From contig OY968764.1 in the NCBI GenBank assembly GCA_963695335.1, positions 992,001-1,056,000 on the forward strand: 64,000 nucleotides of DNA, written 5' to 3'. The translations under genes and the position numbers were made by a program. Origin of the DNA: an uncultured bacterium (GTDB taxonomy: Bacteria > Babelota > Babeliae > Babelales > Vermiphilaceae). Positions 1-10,300 of this stretch are shown in pieces. How positions within the stretch are numbered: position 1 is the first letter of the stretch; every line of letters begins with the position of its first letter. The notes beneath the pieces were generated by a model that saw only the letters and a program-made list of their open reading frames with translations, did not search any database and was not told the origin of the DNA.

Positions 1-3000
1 CCCATCAATTCAATTCACCGGAAGCACTAATACTGGTGTATCAGCAGCTACTGCTAATACATTATCATTTGATAGCAATGGTGTTGAGCAAATGAATATT
101 AGTCCAAGTGGAGTTACTATTGATGGATTGAGTACAATAGGAGTTGTGCATAATAATGCTGCAGGATTACTTTCAACATCATTAATCGTTGATGCTGATA
201 TTACCGCTGCAACAATCACTAATGATAAATTAGCAAATATATCGAGTTCCAATGTTGCTAATGATATTGTTGTTCGTGATAGTTCAGGTAATTTTAGTGC
301 AGGAACTATAACTGCAAGTTTGACTGGCGCAGCATCATCAAACGTTCTTAAAGCTGGTGACACTATGACTGGTACATTACAATTACCAGCAGGAACAACA
401 GCATTACCTTCTCTGGTGTTTACGGGAAGTACAACAAGCGGACTTTCAGCAAGCGCTGGCAATTTATCATTCAGCACAAACGGTGTAGAACAGTTGAAAA
501 TATCATCTGGTGGAACAATCTCTGTTGATTCATTTATGTCGGCTGGTGTTGTACATAATGATGCATCAGGTAACTTATCAAGTTCGTTGATTGTTAATAG
601 TGATATTAGTGCTACTGCTGCAATAACAGATAATAAATTAAATACCATTTCTACAGCCGGTAAAGTTGCAAACTCTGCAACAACAGCCACAAGTCTTAAT
701 ACAGCAAATGCCATTGTTGTGCGTGATAGTTCAGGGAATTTCTCTGCCGGTACAATTACTGCAAGTTTAAATGGTAATGCAACAACTGCAACATCAGCTG
801 GAAGTTTTTCTGGATCATTGAGTGGAGATGTTACAGGCACTCAAAGTGCAACAGTAGTCAGTTTTGTTGGTGGACAAACCGCTGCCAATGTTGCAGCAGC
901 AACAGTCCTTGCTAATGCTGCTACAAATCTTGATACTGCAAGTGCTATTGTTAAACGTGATAGTTCAGGGAACTTCTCTGCCGGTACAATTACTGCAAGT
1001 TTAAGTGGCAATGCGACAACTGCTACAACAGCAACAAATTTTTCTGGTTCATTAGTAGGTGATGTTACAGGTACTCAAGGAGCAACTGTTGTAAGCACTG
1101 TTGGTGGACAAACTGCTGCAAACGTTGCAGCAGCAACGGTTTTAGCTAATGCTGCTACAAATCTTGATACTGCAAGTGCTATTGTTAAACGTGATAGTTC
1201 AGGAAATTTCTCTGCAGGAACAATCACCGCAAACTTAATTGGTAATGTCACTGGACATGCATCATCAGATCTTGCACTTACTGGCGGTACTTTAACTGGA
1301 ACATTAACATTACCTGCAGGAACAGCGGCTTCTCCATCATTACAATTTACTGGAAGCACAAACAGTGGTATATCAGCTGCTACTGCAAATACACTTTCTT
1401 TTGATATTAATGGATCTGAACAAATGAAGATTAATTCTTCAGGTGTGACTATTGATGGATTGAGTACTGCGGGTGTTGTACATAATAGTGCTGCAGGATT
1501 ATTATCCACTTCATTAATAGTTGATGCTGATATTACCGCTGCAACCATTACTAATGATAAGTTAGCAAACATATCAAGTTCCAATGTTGCTAGCGATATT
1601 GTTGTTCGTGATAGTTCAGGGAACTTCTCTGCTGGTACGATCACTGCAAGTTTAAGTGGTAATGCGACAACTGCAACATCAGCCGGAAGTTTTTCTGGTT
1701 CATTAGTAGGTGATGTTACAGGTACTCAAGGAGCAACTGTTGTAAGCACTGTTGGCGGACAAACTGCTGCCAATGTTGCAGCAGCAACAGTGCTTGCTAA
1801 CGCTGCTACAAGTGCTAATACTGCAAGCACCATTGTTAAACGTGATGGAACAGGAAGTTTTGCTGCACAAGAAATAAGTATGAATGATGGTATTATTGCT
1901 GGCAACATTAATTTAACAACAACACCAAGCAGTTCAACAGCGGGTAATATTCTAAAAAATGGAACTCGATTTATTCATAATTTTGGTACAAATAACACAT
2001 TTGTTGGCTTAAGCGCTGGTAATTTTACTATGAGTGGTTCTGGGAATAATACTGCCATGGGGAACAGTGTATTAACAGCTAATAGTACTGGAGCATTCAA
2101 TACTGCAATGGGTAGCAGTGCATTAGCAGCCAATACTATTGGTGTTGATAATACTGCGATTGGTTATAATGCATTAACATTGAATATAACAGGCACTGAT
2201 AATACCGCACTTGGTTATAATACATTGAGTGCTGCTACAACAGGCAGTACTAATATTGCAATTGGTTCTGGTGCTGGAGGAACATTAACAACCGGTAGTG
2301 GTAATATCTATATAAATGCAAATGCTGCTTCAGCAAGCGAAGCCACAACAACACGTATTGGCACATCACAAACAACTGCTTTTATGGCAGGTATTTTTGG
2401 TGTAATACCAAGTGGTACTGTTCAAACAGTTACCATTAATAGCTCAGGACAACTTGGTAGCACTACTTCTTCATCGAGTGGAACAAGCCTTAATACACCA
2501 AACACTTTGGTTGAACGTGATGGAACAGGAAGTTTTGCCGCACAAGAAGTAAGTATGAATGATGCTATTTGTGCAGGCAATCTTGTATTAAGCACAAATC
2601 CAAGTACATCAACAGCTGGTAATATTATGAAAGGTGCAAATAGATTTATTCATAATACAGGAACAAGTAATACATTTATTGGAGTAACTTCTGGTAACTT
2701 TACCACAACTGGTACAGGGCAAAACAGTGCTCTTGGTGTTAATGCATTACTTGTTAATGGAACCGGTGCTAATAACACAGCTCTTGGTTATAATGCGCTT
2801 AGTGCATGCACAACGGGAAGTAATAATATTGCGATTGGTTCTGGTACAGCAGTTGCTACAACAACGGGAAGTAATAACATTTATATTGGAACCAATGATG
2901 GTGCAGCTGGTGAAAATACTACTATTCGCATTGGCTCACAAATAACTAACACACCAACATCTTGCTTTATCCAAGGCATAAATAACGCAACGATCCCTAC

Positions 3001-3400
3001 AGGGCAAAGTACTGCAATTCGAGTACAAAATACAACAGGCCAAATTGCGCCAGCTTCATCGTCTCGAAGATTTAAACACACAATAGAAGATATGGAAGAT
3101 ATTTCAGCACATGTTTATGAATTACGCCCTGTAAGCTTTATTTACAACAGTGATACAACACATGAAAAGCAATATGGATTAATTGCTGAAGAAGTTGATA
3201 ATGTGCTTCCGCAAATTGTGTCACGTGATGGTGAAGGATTACCATATTCAGTTAACTATGAAATATTGCCGGTGCTCCTTGTTAAAGAAATGCAAAAACA
3301 ACAAATAACTATTCAACAGCTGCAAAGTGATAATATGCAGCTTAAGGATATGGTGCAACAGCTTATGAGCCGTATTACATCTTTGGAGGCGAGAGCATAA
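1..3400 (+). CDS. Large repetitive fibre/adhesin-like protein with C-terminal peptidase S74-type intramolecular chaperone; 5'-truncated by window edge
   Basis: Frame is open from base 2 (PSIQFTGSTNTGVSAATANTLSF, matching an internal repeat). RDSSGNFSAGTITA repeats, GxxNTAxG repeats, C-terminal SSRRFKH...LRPVSF...YGLIAEEV plus coiled coil. Confidence 0.85.
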   Translation, partial: PSIQFTGSTNTGVSAATANTLSFDSNGVEQMNISPSGVTIDGLSTIGVVHNNAAGLLSTSLIVDADITAATITNDKLANISSSNVANDIVVRDSSGNFSAGTITASLTGAASSNVLKAGDTMTGTLQLPAGTTALPSLVFTGSTTSGLSASAGNLSFSTNGVEQLKISSGGTISVDSFMSAGVVHNDASGNLSSSLIVNSDISATAAITDNKLNTISTAGKVANSATTATSLNTANAIVVRDSSGNFSAGTITASLNGNATTATSAGSFSGSLSGDVTGTQSATVVSFVGGQTAANVAAATVLANAATNLDTASAIVKRDSSGNFSAGTITASLSGNATTATTATNFSGSLVGDVTGTQGATVVSTVGGQTAANVAAATVLANAATNLDTASAIVKRDSSGNFSAGTITANLIGNVTGHASSDLALTGGTLTGTLTLPAGTAASPSLQFTGSTNSGISAATANTLSFDINGSEQMKINSSGVTIDGLSTAGVVHNSAAGLLSTSLIVDADITAATITNDKLANISSSNVASDIVVRDSSGNFSAGTITASLSGNATTATSAGSFSGSLVGDVTGTQGATVVSTVGGQTAANVAAATVLANAATSANTASTIVKRDGTGSFAAQEISMNDGIIAGNINLTTTPSSSTAGNILKNGTRFIHNFGTNNTFVGLSAGNFTMSGSGNNTAMGNSVLTANSTGAFNTAMGSSALAANTIGVDNTAIGYNALTLNITGTDNTALGYNTLSAATTGSTNIAIGSGAGGTLTTGSGNIYINANAASASEATTTRIGTSQTTAFMAGIFGVIPSGTVQTVTINSSGQLGSTTSSSSGTSLNTPNTLVERDGTGSFAAQEVSMNDAICAGNLVLSTNPSTSTAGNIMKGANRFIHNTGTSNTFIGVTSGNFTTTGTGQNSALGVNALLVNGTGANNTALGYNALSACTTGSNNIAIGSGTAVATTTGSNNIYIGTNDGAAGENTTIRIGSQITNTPTSCFIQGINNATIPTGQSTAIRVQNTTGQIAPASSSRRFKHTIEDMEDISAHVYELRPVSFIYNSDTTHEKQYGLIAEEVDNVLPQIVSRDGEGLPYSVNYEILPVLLVKEMQKQQITIQQLQSDNMQLKDMVQQLMSRITSLEARA
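725..1230 (+). repeat. 234-bp (78-aa) tandem intragenic repeats
   Basis: gatagttcagg recurs at 725, 959 and 1193; a further long duplication has offset 1332 bp (278 vs 1610). Confidence 0.85.
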
Positions 3401-3554
3401 AAAAAGCATTTGATTTTGTACCCTCAAAATGTTAGAAGACATAATACAGGTTACACATTAATTATATTATTTTTACGGGAGGGTACAAACGAATAAAGTT
3501 TTCTAAAAAAGAGAGAAAGTCGAATAAATATATTTTTCACAAAAAGGATGTTTT

Positions 3555-5915
3555 ATGAAGTTGAAGTCACTTTCACAGACCTTAGGGCTTGCCCTTTTAA
3601 CTGTCATTTCACTCACAGCCAATGAAACGGCACAAATCCATTTATCAGCTGCAGAAGTACAAGAAATCTTTGATAATCCAACGCGCTCTTATGTGTATGT
3701 TGGAAGAGATGTGAGTAATCTTGCAGATGTTATCGCTGAAGTATCCAAACTTGATAACGATGAAGATTCTCCAGTAAGAGCTCTCGATTCACACATCCAA
3801 AGAGGATTTGTAATCGGAAATTATGAAGGCGTTGCACAAGCTCTTGAGCATGCAGAAGCTGTTATGAATAAAGTAGATGCAGACAGAACAAGCGAACTTT
3901 CTCGTGTTTTAAATGCGGTTGTTGAACAAGTAGCTGCAGATCAATTAAATCTTGATGCTGAAATGTTAGAAGCTGCCAATGTGGAAGCTCCTGAAGCAAG
4001 AGCATGCGGTACTTGTAATTCTCATTGTTTAAGAAAATTAATTGTTAAAGAAAAAGTAGATTTTCTTAACAAAGTTAAATTCTTTGAAGATGTAACATTC
4101 AAAGAAGATGTTACTATAGAAGGTACATTATCAGTAAATGATATTTTTGTTCAATCATTAAGCACATGTGATGTTATTGTTGGTTGTGATATTTTTATGA
4201 ATAATTCAACAAGCTCTGCTGTGGGTAATATCATAAAAGGCGGTGCTTTATTCCTTAGTAATTTTGGAACAAACAATACGTTTGTTGGTCAAAATTCAGG
4301 TAACCTTACTCTAACTGGTGGCAATAATAGTGGATTTGGAACAAATGCATTAAGTTCAGAAACAACTGGTGTTCGTAATTCTGCTGTTGGAAGTGGCGCG
4401 CTTCAAAATAATACAATAGGTATTGATAATACTGCTGTTGGTGTTAGTGCACTTATGGCTAATACAACAGGTAATCAAAATATTGCTGTAGGCAACAGTG
4501 CTCTTACAGCAAATACAACAGGTATTGATAATACTGCTGTTGGTTATTTTGCAATGACAAATAACGTAGTAGGTATTAACAATACTGCTGTTGGGGCATT
4601 TGCACTTGCATCTAACACAGCGAGCAATAATACTGCCGTTGGTTTTGTTGCACTTCAAAACAATACAACTGGTGCCGGCAATACTGCTATTGGAGACGGC
4701 GCACTTAATACCAATACAATCGGTATTCGTAGTACTGCAGTTGGTTTCCAATCGATTTTTTCTAATATAACAGGTATTGATAATACAGCAGTTGGTTATC
4801 AAACTCTTTTTGCTAACACAACAGGTAATCAAAACGTTGCTGTAGGTAGTAATGTTCTTGCATCAAATACAACAGGTATTGATAATACTGCTGTTGGTTA
4901 TTTTGCAATGACAGATAATGTAATAGGTATTAACAATACTGCGGTTGGGGCATTCGCACTTGAATCTAACACAGCGAGCAATAATACTGCCGTTGGTTTT
5001 GTTGCACTTCAAAATAATACAACTGGTGCCTTTAATACTGCTCTTGGAGATGGCGCACTTAATGCCAATACAATCGGTATTCGTAGTACAGCAGTTGGTT
5101 TCCAATCGATTTTTTCTAATATAACAGGTATTGATAATACAGCAATTGGTTATCAAACTCTTTTTGCTAACACAACAGGTAATCAAAACGTTGCTGTAGG
5201 TAATAGTGTTCTTGCATCAAATACAACAGGTGTTAGTAATACTGCCGTTGGTTATTTTGCAATGACAGATAACGTAGTAGGTATTGACAATACTGCGATT
5301 GGGGCATTCGCACTTGAATCTAATACAGCGAGCAGTAATACTGCCTTTGGTTATGTTGCACTTCAAAACAATACAACTGGTACCCTTAATACTGCTCTTG
5401 GAAACGGCGCACTTAATGCTACTACAACAGGTAGTAACAACATTGCCATTGGTAATGGAGCAGGAGGAACCTTAACAACAGGTAACAACAATATTTATGT
5501 TGGTGCTAGTGCAGTTGCTGCAGGAGAAAGTGGCGTTACACGTATTGGTGGTATCGTGGGCACAACTACTGGTGTAGCTGATGCTATAGGAGTTGTGATT
5601 GATTCAACTGGCCAACTCGGAACCATTTCTTCTTCAAAATATGTGAAACATAACATTCAACCTATGAACGATGTTTCTGCAAGCATTTATGATCTCAGTC
5701 CAGTAACATTTGCTTACAACAGTGACGCATCTGAAACAACACAATATGGTTTAATTGCTGAAGAAGTTGCTGATATATTCCCTGGCATTGTCGTAAGAAA
5801 TGCTAATGGTCAACCAACAACCATTCAGTATCATGTATTACCAGTATTAACATTAAACGAACTTAAAAAACTTGCTGCACGTGTAGCAGTTCTCGAAGCT
5901 CACTTAATGAATTAA
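3555..5915 (+). CDS. Secreted fibre/adhesin-like protein with S74-type chaperone
   Basis: Signal peptide MKLKSLSQTLGLALLTVISLTA; NTTGxxNTAVG repeats; SSSKYVKH...LSPVTF...YGLIAEEV. Confidence 0.85.
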   Translation: MKLKSLSQTLGLALLTVISLTANETAQIHLSAAEVQEIFDNPTRSYVYVGRDVSNLADVIAEVSKLDNDEDSPVRALDSHIQRGFVIGNYEGVAQALEHAEAVMNKVDADRTSELSRVLNAVVEQVAADQLNLDAEMLEAANVEAPEARACGTCNSHCLRKLIVKEKVDFLNKVKFFEDVTFKEDVTIEGTLSVNDIFVQSLSTCDVIVGCDIFMNNSTSSAVGNIIKGGALFLSNFGTNNTFVGQNSGNLTLTGGNNSGFGTNALSSETTGVRNSAVGSGALQNNTIGIDNTAVGVSALMANTTGNQNIAVGNSALTANTTGIDNTAVGYFAMTNNVVGINNTAVGAFALASNTASNNTAVGFVALQNNTTGAGNTAIGDGALNTNTIGIRSTAVGFQSIFSNITGIDNTAVGYQTLFANTTGNQNVAVGSNVLASNTTGIDNTAVGYFAMTDNVIGINNTAVGAFALESNTASNNTAVGFVALQNNTTGAFNTALGDGALNANTIGIRSTAVGFQSIFSNITGIDNTAIGYQTLFANTTGNQNVAVGNSVLASNTTGVSNTAVGYFAMTDNVVGIDNTAIGAFALESNTASSNTAFGYVALQNNTTGTLNTALGNGALNATTTGSNNIAIGNGAGGTLTTGNNNIYVGASAVAAGESGVTRIGGIVGTTTGVADAIGVVIDSTGQLGTISSSKYVKHNIQPMNDVSASIYDLSPVTFAYNSDASETTQYGLIAEEVADIFPGIVVRNANGQPTTIQYHVLPVLTLNELKKLAARVAVLEAHLMN
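4458..5420 (+). repeat. 354-bp (118-aa) near-identical tandem repeats, about 2.7 copies
   Basis: gctaaYacaacaggtaatcaaaa at 4458, 4812 and 5166. Confidence 0.9.
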
Positions 5916-5934
5916 TACAAGAAACAGTATCTAT

Positions 5935-5968
5935 AAAAAGCTCCGCAATTACTGCGGAGCTTTTTTTT
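5935..5968 (+). terminator. Rho-independent terminator
   Basis: aaaaagctccgca-attac-tgcggagcttttttt. Confidence 0.85.
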
Positions 5969-5970
5969 AA

Positions 5971-6031
5971 CCCCCGCCGTCGCCACTCTTTCGCCAAGGC
6001 TTCAAAGCGCAGGCAAGGCTATGGCGGGCTT
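5971..6031. repeat. GC-rich palindromic REP-like element with nested copy
   Basis: cccgccgtcgcc[actctttcgccaaggcttcaaagcgcaggc]aaggctatggcggg; related tctttcgctgaaagcttcggaagataggc near 46372-46400. Confidence 0.55.
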
Positions 6032-6130
6032 CGCCATTTTTTAACTCCATATAAAACATCAGATAGATTATGGATTATAACTGGTGAATATAATAAGATG
6101 TTCTTTATTAATGATTATTGTTAAAAAGGA

Positions 6131-7180
6131 ATGTCTATGCGGTTGCTCTATTACATCTTCTTTTTTTATGCTTACGCATTACCTGCTACTGAATATATCT
6201 ATCCTGTTGCATCACTCAGCGATGAAAAAACAATATTATATATTCATCAACATTTTTCAACAAACATTGAACTGTTTTCTTACAATACACAAACCCGTCA
6301 AACTGAGCCAATGTTGTGGTCAGTTTTTAATCCGGCAGGGTTACAAATGTTACCAGATAATAGTGGTTTTAGTTTTATTGATAACGGCAGATTGCGCATT
6401 AAATCATTTGATAAACGATCAGCAAAAGCTATTGATTTTGATGATCCTTTATGTGGCATTAACAATTTACATTGGATTGATAATCAGAGTTGTTATTGCA
6501 GTGCACAATATAATAATAACTTTGCGCTTTTTGAATTACATGATGATGGTACATTGCAATGTTTACGTTCAGCAGAAGGGAAGGATTATATGTATCCACA
6601 AAAAATTGATGATCAACTATTCTATATTGAGCGCTGCACTACAAAAAACAGTCTTAATGATTTTCATTACACCATAGCCTCGTGCTCATATCAAAAAAGC
6701 AATTCTGATAATTTAAAGGCAAATCTTGTTGCTGATTTTGGAACAACTCCAATCATATTTTTAACAATGGTCTCTGAAACTGAAGGGTTTGTGGTTGAGC
6801 ATGCACAACAGATAGATAGTGAAAACCCAACAATGCTATTTACGTATCATCAGATTATAAAAGAGGGTGATGCGTGGAACAAAAACATTCTTTTTTCTTT
6901 TTCTATTCCTACTTCTTTATTATTAGATATCCAAGAACGTCTCTATGAATCTATTTTGCCATTGTTACCACGTATTATTAATGAGAAGGTATATTTTGTT
7001 GATTGCGCCAATAATACGGATTATATCCTTGAGCCATATTTTTATAGCCTACAAGATAAAATAGTCCAAAAAATCAACCTTGATCAACACAAAGGACATG
7101 CTTTTGCACCAATGTTATGCAAAAACACGCTGTATTACGGCGGAACCAAGCAGCCGTCTCTTTTTTCTATGTTAACATAA
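6131..7180 (+). CDS. Secreted hypothetical protein, possibly TolB-like beta-propeller
   Basis: 349-aa ORF with aagga RBS, hydrophobic N-terminus and beta-rich PD/W-D-type blade-like motifs. Confidence 0.6.
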   Translation: MSMRLLYYIFFFYAYALPATEYIYPVASLSDEKTILYIHQHFSTNIELFSYNTQTRQTEPMLWSVFNPAGLQMLPDNSGFSFIDNGRLRIKSFDKRSAKAIDFDDPLCGINNLHWIDNQSCYCSAQYNNNFALFELHDDGTLQCLRSAEGKDYMYPQKIDDQLFYIERCTTKNSLNDFHYTIASCSYQKSNSDNLKANLVADFGTTPIIFLTMVSETEGFVVEHAQQIDSENPTMLFTYHQIIKEGDAWNKNILFSFSIPTSLLLDIQERLYESILPLLPRIINEKVYFVDCANNTDYILEPYFYSLQDKIVQKINLDQHKGHAFAPMLCKNTLYYGGTKQPSLFSMLT

Positions 7181-7237
7181 TATCCATTATCAGATTGTAA
7201 ATGTTGTTGATTTTTACCAATGAAAAAAAAGCGGCCT

Positions 7238-7388
7238 GTTACAGAGTTCTCCAATTCAAATTTGAATTGCGTTAATTCATACGCTTTTCTAACTCTTTAA
7301 TACGAGCAAGAAGTTACAGAGTTCTCCAATTCAAATTTGAATTGCGTTAATTCATACGCTTTTCTAACTCTTTAATACGAGCAAGAAG
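7238..7388. repeat. Exact 75-bp-period tandem duplication covering the 3' end of the 7347-12752 gene
   Basis: 7238-7312 is identical to 7313-7387. Confidence 0.95.
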
Positions 7389-10300
7389 GTTGTTTATAAT
7401 TTTTTTCATCTTTTGATTATCTTCCCGTAAATCTGCAATAGTGAGATCTTTTTCTTGTAGTTCAGTTACCTTTTTATTCATTTTTTGAACCTCATTAAGT
7501 AAGAGTGGTATTAACATATCATATTCCACCCCAAATATTTCACCACTGCCAAAAGGATCTGTTTTTACCAATTCTGGTATAATTGAAACCGTTTCTTCGG
7601 CAATTAAACCATATTGTTTAATATTAAGTTTACTTCTTTTGATCATTGGGTCATCATTATACTCGAATGAAACCGGTCGTAACTGATAAATAGCTTCTGA
7701 ATCAGTTCCAATATCCATAATATCATGCTTAAAACGTCTTGATGAAGGCGCTAATGGAATCACAAATCCTAATGTAGCATAACCCGTAACAGGCGCATTT
7801 GGTATGTATCCAACTCCAATGTCTGCCGGAAGTAAAAGCGCACTTTCAGGCAAAACGATAATATCATGTACCAATGGTGTTCCAATTCCTATCGTTCCAA
7901 CAGTAGGAAAACCTTCTGATCCTATCCAAATATTATCCACGCCAGCAGGGCTCAAAGCCCCTGCAGTATTACCAATTGCTATATTATTTGCTCCTGTGGA
8001 AACAGGCAATGCACCATTACCAATAGCTATATTTCCAACTGCAGCATTTGCTGCCATTGCACCTATTCCAATAGCTATATTTCCATCGCCTTGCATTGCT
8101 TCACCTGCACCATCACCAATAGCAATGTTTCCATTCCCTGTTGTGCTAGTACCCATAGCGTTGTTACCCATTGCAATATTACTCGCTCCTTCATTAACTG
8201 CAAGCACTGCATTACCAATGCCAATATTAAGTGTTGCTCCAGGAGCAGTAGCCATAGCTCCATGACCAATTGCTATATTACTAGCACTTTCATTTATTTG
8301 AAGCGTATTTCTTCCCATTGCAATATTATTAATCGCGCCTGCTCCACTACCCATAGAAAGCACACCAATAGCTATATTATTAGTCGCATCATTTGCAGAA
8401 AGAGCACTTTGCCCAATAGCTATATTGCTAAAACCTGTCGCACTTACGCTCATCGCATTTTGACCTATTGCAATATTATTAAATTGACCATTTGCAGAAA
8501 GAGCGCTATCACCAATAGCAATATTAAATGTTGCCACACCTGTTGGAGAAGTAAGCATGGTATTATTACCAATAGCTATATTACTTAAGCCACTATCCAC
8601 ACTCAAAGCATTTTGACCGATAGCAATATTCAAAGCGCCTGTTTCATTAAGTGTCATTGCTTGATCACCTATTGCTATATTAGTAGTACCATTGTTAGTT
8701 GATAAAGCACCTGTGCCCACGGCTATATTTTTTAATGCTGTAGTACTCACCCCCATAGCATCGTTACCAACAGCTATATTTGAAGCATTATCAATATTAA
8801 GAAGCACACCAGATCCAATTCCAATATTATTAGATGCAGCTCCACTTGGACTCAGTTCCATTGCCCGTGGACCAATCGCTATATTATTAAAGCCATCAGG
8901 ATTGGTAAATAAAGCTTGTGGACCAATTGCAATATTATTATTTCCTATTGTATTTGTAAATAATGTAAGATTTCCAACGGCAACATTACCAGCTCCTTCT
9001 GTATTGTTTAGCATTGCTTCAAACCCTACCGCTGTATTAAAGTTACCGTTATTAGTATTAAGAGTCTGATACCCAGTGGCAGTATTTCCTTCACCTGACA
9101 CATTAGCTACCATAGAAAGTGCGCCAACTGCCGTATTAAAGGCTCCTTCAACATTTAAATTAAGCGTTCTATCACCTACCGCTGTATTAAAAGAAGCTTC
9201 ATTACTTTCAAGAGATTCAAAACCAACAGCTGTATTTCCTAAACCTATTGTATTATTAGCAATTGCGGAAACCCCTACTGCTGTATTTTCAATACCAAGA
9301 GTGTTAAGAAGAAGTGCATCATATCCAACTGCCGTATTAAAATCAACTAAATTAGCTTCAAGGGCTGACCAGCCAACTGCTGTATTGCCATTACCGGATA
9401 TATCGGAGGATAATGCAGACCAACCAACGGCAGTATTAAAACTTCCATTTGTATTAACTAGCATTGATTGAGAACCAATAGCTGTATTATCTACTCCAAT
9501 ATTATTGTCTATAAGAGCACTCCATCCAAGCGCACTGTTTTCAGTACCAATCGAATTAAAACGCATAGCAAATTGGCCAACCGCAGTATTACGATCTGCT
9601 TGATTATGCGTTAAGGCAGATGTACCAACTGCAGTATTACCTACACCAATTAAATCTTCCCTTAAAGCTTGATACCCTACCGCAACATTATCATCAGTAG
9701 GAAAAATATACGCCTCAAGAGCAGCTTGACCTATAGCTACATTATCTCGCCCTGCAGGAAGTGCAAACAGTGAATTAGTTCCCACTGAAACATTTTCTAT
9801 TGAAGCTGTTCCCAAAAATTGTGATTGGGCACCAACAGCAACATTCTCATCTCCAACAACGTTGCTAAACATTGTCTTAGAACCAACGGCAACGTTACTA
9901 GCTCCTGCCACGTTTGCAAATAATGCATTTGCACCTACAGCAGTATTATTTATGCCACCTATATTAGTAGTCATGGCACTACTTCCCACAGCTGTATTAC
10001 TCACACCATCAAGATTAGATGTCAAAGCATCATGACCCACAGCAGTATTATCAGCACCAATAAGATTTTCTTGTAAGGCTGCATAACCTACCGCAGTGTT
10101 AGCATACCCTGTCGTATTATGCTGTAATGCAAACGTACCAACGGCGGTTGCTTCACCAATTTGATGATCTTGTAACGCTTCATACCCTACCGCCACATTC
10201 CGATCTCCCGTTAATGTGATAGGACCAACGGTAAAATCAGCTCCTGTCACTGTTTCTAAAGCATGATTACCAATGGCAACGTTTTCATTACCAGTAACGT

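Noticed and set aside
7238..7388. Diversity-generating retroelement TR/VR pair
   Set aside because: Copies are identical, no adenine-specific mismatches, no reverse transcriptase.
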